Shown: in pieces, positions 57,566 through 64,000 of the stretch
How the letters are laid out: every line of letters starts with the position of its first letter
Position numbering within the stretch: the first letter of the stretch is position 1
Source of the DNA: Candidatus Woesearchaeota archaeon
GTDB lineage: Archaea; Nanobdellota; Nanobdellia; SCGC-AAA011-G17; JACPIM01
Length of the DNA: 64,000 nucleotides
Direction of reading: 5' to 3'
Assembly: GCA_964513145.1 (NCBI GenBank)
Contig: CAZELK010000004.1
Span: 1-64,000 of the forward strand
The notes under the pieces: model-generated
Told to the model about the DNA's origin: nothing
Seen by the model: only the letters and a program-made list of their open reading frames with translations
The model's database searches: none
Made by a program: the position numbers and the translations under genes

Positions 57566-57688
57566 ATGTCAGATTATGGAGATTTTAGCCAGAGAAAAAG
57601 CAAGAATGATAAAAAAGCAAAAAGAAGGGTAAGGGTTTATAAGAAAGGCGGAAAATACAGGGGAATTGACCTTACGAAAAAAGAATAA
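57566..57688 (+). CDS. 40-aa basic small protein; absent from the ORF track
   Basis: MSDYGDFSQRKSKNDKKAKRRVRVYKKGGKYRGIDLTKKE*; GGAGG upstream. Confidence 0.5.
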   Translation: MSDYGDFSQRKSKNDKKAKRRVRVYKKGGKYRGIDLTKKE

Positions 57689-57724
57689 TCTAGCAAAATT
57701 ATATAAATACCAGGTGTATACTAA

Positions 57725-57955
57725 TTGTATACCATGACAGATGCAATAGGGGTAAAATTACCATCAAGATTGAAAGAAGAAATAGATGAATTAATCAGAT
57801 TAGGGGTATTTGTTTCCAGATCAGATGCTTTAAAATTTGGAGCCAGATTAGTTGTTATGCTTGAAAAAATGGAACTTCCTTTATCTAAAAGAGCAGAAGA
57901 ATATGCTTTTGAAGAAATAACACAAAAATTTAAGAGGATTAAGAATGTACATTGA
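57725..57955 (+). CDS. Ribbon-helix-helix antitoxin
   Basis: IGVKLPSRLKEEIDELIRLGVFVSRSDALK. Confidence 0.8.
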   Translation: MYTMTDAIGVKLPSRLKEEIDELIRLGVFVSRSDALKFGARLVVMLEKMELPLSKRAEEYAFEEITQKFKRIKNVH

Positions 57956-58337
57956 TGCAGATGTTATTTATGCCCATATAAAACCAACTGACTGGCTTAA
58001 ACTTTATGCTGACAAGATTATTTCTTTAAAAAATTTACAAACTTCTATAATAAGCATAACTGAATTAGAAATTGCAGCTAAAAGAGATTTTCAGGATGAT
58101 TTTTATAATAGAGTTTTAGATAAAGTAAAAGAAATAAAAAATCTCAAAATAATAAACTTAGACATTAAAATATTGAAAAAAGCAATAGAATTAAGAAAAC
58201 AATACAGTCTTGGTATTTTTGATTCAATTCATATTGCAACAGCAATAATCTTCAAGGAAAATGTTATAATCAGTTCAGATTCTGCTTTTGATAATATTGT
58301 TGAAATAAAAAGAAAAGACCCAAGAGCGTACAAATAA
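57945..58337 (+). CDS. vapC: VapC-type PIN toxin
   Basis: YIDADVI, LGIFDSIHIATA, IISSDSAFD. Confidence 0.88.
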   Translation: MYIDADVIYAHIKPTDWLKLYADKIISLKNLQTSIISITELEIAAKRDFQDDFYNRVLDKVKEIKNLKIINLDIKILKKAIELRKQYSLGIFDSIHIATAIIFKENVIISSDSAFDNIVEIKRKDPRAYK

Positions 58338-58346
58338 AATACAAAA

Positions 58347-60680
58347 TTGATTATTATGATTAAAAAAATAGGCGTTAAAACAAAAAAATTAATTGAAAGG
58401 GACACTAAAGTAATAAGCCCATCTTTGACAAGAGAATATGAATTTGCTTTTCAAAAAGGAAAGGGTGTTTTTGTTTATGATGTTGACAATAAAAAATATC
58501 TTGATTTTGCTGCAGGGGTTGCTGTAAACAGCCTGGGTTATGGAAATAAAGAAGTAATTAATGCAATTAAAAAACAATTAAATTATGGAGTTCATATTGG
58601 GTTTAGTGATTTTTATTGCGAGAAACCAGTTGAATTTGTCGAGCTTCTTTTAAAATTTTTACCAAATAATTTACAAAAAGCTTTTTTATCAAATTCAGGA
58701 ACTGAAAGCATTGAATGCGCAATGAAGCTAGCTAAATGGCATACAAGAAGAAAGTGGTGCATTAGTTTTAATAATTCTTTTCATGGAAGATGTTACGATG
58801 AACAGACAGAAGTTTTAACAGAAAGTGGCTGGAAATTTTTTAAAAATTTAATTAAAGAAGATAAAGTGCTAACTTTAAATTTAAACAACAATAGTATTGA
58901 ATATCAAAATCTTGTTGGCATATATTCTTATGACTATGATGATGAATTGATTCATTTCAAAAGCTCATCTATTGATTTATTGGTTACTCCAAATCATAAT
59001 ATGTTAGTGGAATTCAAAGGAAATATTTCTCTAATTGAAGCAAATAAAGTTCGCACTCATATGAAGATACCAAGATCAGGAAATTGGATGGGAATTGAAA
59101 AACAAAAATTTATACTTCCAGCTATTCAAATAGAGAGATCTTCTCGAAATGGAAATGTTACTTTTCAGGAAATTAGGGAAAGAGAAATACTGTTAAATTT
59201 ATGGGTGAAATTTTTTGGGATTTGGCTTGCTGAGGGGTGGACTTCTTCTATAACAAAAGAATGCTATAATACTGGGATAGCTCAAAAAGATTCAATAATT
59301 TGCAATAAAATTGAAAATTTATTAAACGAAATGGATTTTAAATATAGTAAAAGAGAGAAAAAAAGAAATTGTTATGAATATATAATACAAGAAGGCAAAC
59401 AATTATGGTCTTATTTAAATCAATTTGGCGGTTCTCATACAAAGTTTATTCCTGAAGAAATAAAAAATCTACCCCCCGATTACTTAAAATTATTATTAGA
59501 ATGGATGTGTTATGGAGATGGTACAATAGATAAATCAAATAGAAACATATATTTTACTTGTTCAAAAAAATTGGCTGACGATGTGCAAGAAATATTTTTA
59601 AAAATTGGTTCAAATGCTAGAATTTATAGTAGAAAAAGAAAAACTACTTTTTCAAAATCGGAATGTATATTTTATGAAGTAAGAGAAAGAAAAAGAAGTC
59701 ATCATCTATTGTGGACTAAAAAAGGAGCAATAAAAAAAGAAAATTATTGTGGAAAAGTTTATTGCTGCGAAGTTCCGAACCATGTTATTTACGTAAGAAG
59801 AAATGGCTACCCAGCTTGGTGTGGTAATTCTTACGGGAGTTTATCTTTAACAGATTCTAAAAAAGTTCATAAAGAAAGATTTGAACCTTTTTTGCCTGTA
59901 AAACATGTTCCTTATGCAGACACTTATAGATTTAATGGAAATAAAGATGAATGTGCAAATCATTGCCTGAATGAACTTGAAAAAACAATTAATGGATTAC
60001 AAAATGATGTTGCAGCTATTTTTCTGGAACCTATCCAGGGGGAGGGCGGATATATTGTGCCGCCAGTTGAATTTGTAAAAGGTGTAAGAGAAATTTGTGA
60101 TAAATATAACATTTTATTGGTTGCTGATGAAGTTCAATCAGGCTGCTACAGAACTGGAAAATTTCTAGCTATTGAGAACTTTAAAATTAAACCAGACATA
60201 GTTTGTTTAAGCAAGGCTGTTGGTGGTGGACTGCCTTTGGGTGTTACTTTAGCTTCCAATGAAATTATGGATTGGGTTCAAGGGAGTCACGCAAACACAC
60301 TTGGCGGAAATTTATTAAGCTGCAGTGCAGGAATTGCAACTTTAAATTATTATAAAAGACATAAGATATGGAATAATGTCTTGAATGTTGGGGAATTTAT
60401 TTTAAAAAAATTAGAGAAATTAAAAAAAGAACATGAAGTTATTGGTGATGTTCGTGGCATTGGTTTAATGATAGGGGCTGAATTTGTTGACAATAAAAAA
60501 AATAAATGGTATAATGTCGACTTCAGGGATAAACTATTGTACAAATGCAAAGACAATGGACTAATATTAATTGGTTCTGGAAAAAGTGTAATTAGACTTT
60601 GTCCGCCTTTAATTTTGAATAAGAAAGAAGCTAACTTGGGTTTAAATATATTTGAAAATTCTATTAAAAAAATTAATTAA
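58347..60680 (+). CDS. Class III PLP aminotransferase (ornithine/acetylornithine/GABA-type) interrupted by an intein
   Basis: YLDFAAG, SGTESIE, FHGR|S, EPIQGEGG, DEVQSG, SKAVGGG. Confidence 0.92.
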   Translation: MIIMIKKIGVKTKKLIERDTKVISPSLTREYEFAFQKGKGVFVYDVDNKKYLDFAAGVAVNSLGYGNKEVINAIKKQLNYGVHIGFSDFYCEKPVEFVELLLKFLPNNLQKAFLSNSGTESIECAMKLAKWHTRRKWCISFNNSFHGRCYDEQTEVLTESGWKFFKNLIKEDKVLTLNLNNNSIEYQNLVGIYSYDYDDELIHFKSSSIDLLVTPNHNMLVEFKGNISLIEANKVRTHMKIPRSGNWMGIEKQKFILPAIQIERSSRNGNVTFQEIREREILLNLWVKFFGIWLAEGWTSSITKECYNTGIAQKDSIICNKIENLLNEMDFKYSKREKKRNCYEYIIQEGKQLWSYLNQFGGSHTKFIPEEIKNLPPDYLKLLLEWMCYGDGTIDKSNRNIYFTCSKKLADDVQEIFLKIGSNARIYSRKRKTTFSKSECIFYEVRERKRSHHLLWTKKGAIKKENYCGKVYCCEVPNHVIYVRRNGYPAWCGNSYGSLSLTDSKKVHKERFEPFLPVKHVPYADTYRFNGNKDECANHCLNELEKTINGLQNDVAAIFLEPIQGEGGYIVPPVEFVKGVREICDKYNILLVADEVQSGCYRTGKFLAIENFKIKPDIVCLSKAVGGGLPLGVTLASNEIMDWVQGSHANTLGGNLLSCSAGIATLNYYKRHKIWNNVLNVGEFILKKLEKLKKEHEVIGDVRGIGLMIGAEFVDNKKNKWYNVDFRDKLLYKCKDNGLILIGSGKSVIRLCPPLILNKKEANLGLNIFENSIKKIN
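58791..59828 (+). mobile_element. Intein (346 aa) with LAGLIDADG homing endonuclease
   Basis: Starts CYDEQTEVLT, VTPNHNM; motifs FFGIWLAEG and WMCYGDGT; ends NHVIYVRRNGYPAWCGN followed by Ser+1. Confidence 0.95.
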
Positions 60681-61506
60681 TATTTTGATAACTAAAACCT
60701 TTTTTGAAATCTTTTAACCAAGATCCTTCCAGAAATCTGAATTGTTTTTTGTTCTTTTCAACAGTTAAAATTCCCATGCATTTGTCATTTAATTTGTGGC
60801 TTTTTCTAAATCCTACCTGGTCTAATGAATAAGATTCAGTATCATTTACTAGGTCTAGTTTACTGCCAACATGCATATGACCACAAAAATGATATTCTGG
60901 CTTTAATATTTTTAGAACTTCTCTTATTTCTTCTGAGTCTGGTTCATGTGTTAAAAAAATATCTATATTTCCCAAATTATTTATTCTTCTTAAGTCTGAA
61001 TGTGAAAAATTATAATCTTTTACACCCCCGGATATCCTGCCAAGACCTGAAACTCTTAATTTTAAATCTCCTTTTTTTATTTCATAAACTTCTCCGGGCG
61101 GAAGATATAATATTTTTCCAAAAAAATCTACTGGTATTGGCACTTTTCTTGCAGAACTTTCTAATATTCTTAAACTTTCCTGATCTTCGTGATTTCCTGC
61201 AATAAAAACAAGATCAGCATCAATTTTTGTTTCTTTATTATCAAAATGTCTTTTACTTATATCAGTTTCATTTAAAAAATCCTGAAATCCCAATTCAACA
61301 GGGTCTTTTTTAGCAAATTTAGCTGTTGCTTCATCTAATTTTGAAAGATCAGGGAAATAACCCAAGTCTCCAACCTGAAGTATTGAATCTAGTTTTGCAT
61401 TAGTTACTTTTTCGTATTTTTTTAATACAGACAAGGCTAAGTCTAAATGACCATGTAAATCGCCCAAAACTGCTATATTTAATTTGTCTTCAATCATACA
61501 AAACAT
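60673..61506 (-). CDS. Calcineurin-like metallophosphoesterase
   Basis: GDLHG, GDLG, GNHE, LTHE, GHMH. Confidence 0.9.
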   Translation of the reverse strand: MFCMIEDKLNIAVLGDLHGHLDLALSVLKKYEKVTNAKLDSILQVGDLGYFPDLSKLDEATAKFAKKDPVELGFQDFLNETDISKRHFDNKETKIDADLVFIAGNHEDQESLRILESSARKVPIPVDFFGKILYLPPGEVYEIKKGDLKLRVSGLGRISGGVKDYNFSHSDLRRINNLGNIDIFLTHEPDSEEIREVLKILKPEYHFCGHMHVGSKLDLVNDTESYSLDQVGFRKSHKLNDKCMGILTVEKNKKQFRFLEGSWLKDFKKGFSYQNIN

Positions 61507-61552
61507 ACAAGAAAATTCATTTATAAATATTATGGTTTAGTAGTAACAAATT

Positions 61553-62290
61553 TTAAAATGTGGTTATATCGATTATTTTAACCAGGTGCTCTTTATGAAT
61601 TTCTATTAAATCCAAAAGACTATGTTCAAAAAATGTGAAATTTACTTTTCTTTGGAGACTGGCAATCATCAACTTGCCAAGATCTTCTATTAATGGCTTA
61701 AAAGGACCAGAGTATATTATTGCTGTTTTTTCTTCTTCACCAATTGGCAAGGTTCTTCTAAATCCCAGATGTTTTTCTACTAATCTTTTATCAATGAATA
61801 TTGAATTAAATAAATTAGAACTTATGAATATATCCAAATCAACATCACTGACTCTGTTATAATCACTAGGCTGACCAAAATATGGGCTGTTTTTATTTTG
61901 AGAAAAACCAGAAACTAAGCTTCCGCCCAAATAAAAAGAAATTTTTTCTCCTTGAGGGAATTCTTTAGCAAACGGAGATTTAAAAAAAGAACTTATTTTT
62001 CTTTGAATATTATACATATCTTTTTCTGTTGCTCTTGGACCTGGTTCTTTAAATTCCTGTTCTTTTTCACTTTTATTTTTTATTTCTTTTAATAAGTCTT
62101 TGTAAATTCTCTTGCTAATTCGCCCTTTTTGCTGTTCAACTTTGCCTAATATAATGACTGCTTCTTCTTTAGAAAACTTTTTTGCTGAATTGACTGTTAC
62201 AATTAAGTCATTAATATCTTCCCTAGAAAGTATATCACTTTCTATTTCCCTATATAACTCTTCAATGCCACCTTTTTTTGATTTTGACAT
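61553..62290 (-). CDS. Nucleotidyltransferase-fold protein
   Basis: LGGSLVSG...SDVDLDIF. Confidence 0.6.
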   Translation of the reverse strand: MSKSKKGGIEELYREIESDILSREDINDLIVTVNSAKKFSKEEAVIILGKVEQQKGRISKRIYKDLLKEIKNKSEKEQEFKEPGPRATEKDMYNIQRKISSFFKSPFAKEFPQGEKISFYLGGSLVSGFSQNKNSPYFGQPSDYNRVSDVDLDIFISSNLFNSIFIDKRLVEKHLGFRRTLPIGEEEKTAIIYSGPFKPLIEDLGKLMIASLQRKVNFTFFEHSLLDLIEIHKEHLVKIIDITTF

Positions 62291-62311
62291 ATTAAACTTA
62301 ATATTTTCTTA

Positions 62312-62518
62312 TTAATTAACTTTTTCTTCGATAATTTCTGAAATCGATTTTCCTGTTTTTTCTTTTAATTCTTTTAATTTATTTATAGTTCTAACTGACA
62401 AAGTTATATCTATCCTTTTTCTTTGAAATGGCAGTTCTCTTGTTTTATCATAATTTTCAAGGGCTTCAAATACATCCTTATACTTTTTTAATATTTTTTT
62501 TATTTCACTGGATTGCAT
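62312..62518 (-). CDS. Ribbon-helix-helix/CopG-like regulator
   Basis: RKRIDITLSVRTINKLKELKEKTGKSISEIIE. Confidence 0.7.
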   Translation of the reverse strand: MQSSEIKKILKKYKDVFEALENYDKTRELPFQRKRIDITLSVRTINKLKELKEKTGKSISEIIEEKVN

Positions 62519-62735
62519 TTTTCATTCTCCTTTCTATATTACGAATATTGGTTATATTTTGTTTTGAAATTGATGTTATATGATGCGTTAGAAGATCATT
62601 ATTTACTTGTTTTTTGTTTTGTTCATATGACATTTTTTCTAATTCTATTATATAACCATAACCTTTGGTGTCATCAAATACTATTTTATATGTAATTATA
62701 AAAGGTTTTATATTGATAAATATAATCCTTTAATC

Positions 62736-63050
62736 ATGAAAGTCTTGTTTATCTGCAATCAAAATCAAAATAGAAGCAAAACTGCTGAGATTTTATTTAA
62801 AGACAAGTTTGAAACTAAATCTGCTGGATTATATAACAATATTGTCACTGAAAAAGAAATTGAATGGGCCGATATTGTTTTTGTTATGGATGATGAACAA
62901 AGAAAAGAAATATCCAAGAGATTTCCAAAACAATATTTAAGAAAGAGAGTTTTATCTTTGGATATATCTGATATTTATTATTTTAATCAACCTGAACTAA
63001 TTGAACTATTAAACAAGAAAATTAATGGACTTATTTTAGCCATTTCCTAA
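62736..63050 (+). CDS. Low-molecular-weight protein tyrosine phosphatase-like protein
   Basis: VLFICNQNQNRSKTAE P-loop; EWADIVFVM. Confidence 0.85.
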   Translation: MKVLFICNQNQNRSKTAEILFKDKFETKSAGLYNNIVTEKEIEWADIVFVMDDEQRKEISKRFPKQYLRKRVLSLDISDIYYFNQPELIELLNKKINGLILAIS

Positions 63051-63210
63051 ATTGCTTTTTAGCTTTTTTCTTGTTAAAGAATATTTTTGTTTCTGCTATT
63101 CCCAATTCAGGCAGCCTTCTTGTAACTTTATATTTTGTTTTTGAATTTTTAATTTCTATAGATGATATTATCCATTGTTTTGCCGGATGTCTTTTAATAA
63201 TTTTAATCAT
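63031..63210 (-). CDS. 59-aa basic hypothetical protein; absent from the ORF track
   Basis: MIKIIKRHPAKQWIISSIEI...FRKWLK*. Confidence 0.5.
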   Translation of the reverse strand: MIKIIKRHPAKQWIISSIEIKNSKTKYKVTRRLPELGIAETKIFFNKKKAKKQFRKWLK

Positions 63211-63347
63211 GAAGAAAATAATTTAAAATTCTTAATAATAACCAGGTTAAATTTTCTGAAGATATTTCAATTAAGCATGTAAAAATTACGATAAATACAT
63301 TTTTATATCAAAAGGCTTTTGTATTTTATTGAAAAAAATGGTGAAAA

Positions 63348-64000
63348 ATGAGCAAAGAATTACTCTATGAGCTTATTGGCACATTGGGGCCCAGTGGCAA
63401 TGAGGGCAATGTAAGAAAAATTATTTCTAGAGAAATCAAAGATTATGTTGATGAAATGAAGGTTGACAAGATGGGCAACTTGGTTGCTAGAAAAAAAGGT
63501 TCTGGCAAAAAAGTAATGCTGACTGCACACATGGATGAAATTGGCTTGATGGTAAGCAAGATTGAAAATAACGGGCATTTAAAAATTTCAGTTCTGGGCG
63601 GAATTGAGACTATTACATTGGTAGGGCATACTGTGAGCATCTTAAGAAAAGACAACAAAGTTGCTTGCAATGGAGTCATAACTTTTTTTGAATTGCATGA
63701 ATCTTTAGAAATAGACAAAATACCAAAATTAGAAGATGTTTATATTGATACTGGGCTGAACAAAAAAGAATTAGTTAAAAAAGGCGTTGAAGTTGGAAGT
63801 TATATTGTTACAAAACATAGGGCTTCTTTTTTAGGCAATGATGACATAATTTCCGGAAAAGCATTAGACAACAGGGTTGGATGCTATGTTTTAATACAGT
63901 TAATAAAGAGAATAAAAAAAATAAATGTTGATTGTTACTTTGTTTTTACTGTACAGGAGGAAGTTGGATTATACGGGGCAAAGACTTCAGTCTATAATAT
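63348..64000 (+). CDS. M42-family (TET) aminopeptidase, N-terminal part (runs off window)
   Basis: Manual translation: GPSGNEG, VDKMGNL, VMLTAHMDEIG, GKALDNRVG, FTVQEEVG. Confidence 0.92.
   Translation, partial: MSKELLYELIGTLGPSGNEGNVRKIISREIKDYVDEMKVDKMGNLVARKKGSGKKVMLTAHMDEIGLMVSKIENNGHLKISVLGGIETITLVGHTVSILRKDNKVACNGVITFFELHESLEIDKIPKLEDVYIDTGLNKKELVKKGVEVGSYIVTKHRASFLGNDDIISGKALDNRVGCYVLIQLIKRIKKINVDCYFVFTVQEEVGLYGAKTSVYN

Noticed and set aside
1169-61862. Numerous 60-214 aa ORFs antisense to or nested in long genes (for example 2637-2954, 14409-14627, 55890-56534, 60825-61205)
   Set aside because: Shadow ORFs of well-supported genes on the opposite strand or frame; no independent motifs
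62513-62700. Minus-strand frame resembling a CYTH-domain fragment (IVFDDTKGYGYIIELE)
   Set aside because: No start codon and similarity too short to support a call

Overview
AT-rich archaeal chromosomal window, most consistent with a DPANN (Woesearchaeota-like) genome: archaeal PheS/PheT, eL41, a Dph2 fragment, TATA/BRE promoters, GGTGA ribosome-binding sites and a tRNA-Glu with a D-loop intron. Two signals stand out. (1) A fully bounded 6,959-bp unit transposon (364-7322) with 17-bp terminal inverted repeats, a perfect 9-bp target-site duplication (TAAATAAAG) and phased subterminal repeats. It encodes one SWIM-zinc-finger/DDE transposase and carries defence-type cargo: a restriction endonuclease with two methyltransferases, and a soluble-protein plus membrane-protein pair. 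(2) A DIP1984-like coiled-coil gene followed by a ~200-nt putative structured RNA (13-bp closing stem, internal hairpins, a run of 7-nt CAA-phased repeats), then a Zn-finger gene and a free-standing LAGLIDADG nuclease. The window also holds an apparent ATP-yielding arginine-synthetase (ArcE) catabolic route (ArcE, OTC, carbamate kinase, intein-split class III aminotransferase, aldehyde dehydrogenase, GDH), two inteins, a 170-bp MITE with an 8-bp TSD, an orphan TnpB omega-RNA-like IS200/IS605 remnant, three TA pairs, a surface-glycan cluster and several pseudogenes. All family calls come from motif recognition by eye; no database search was run.
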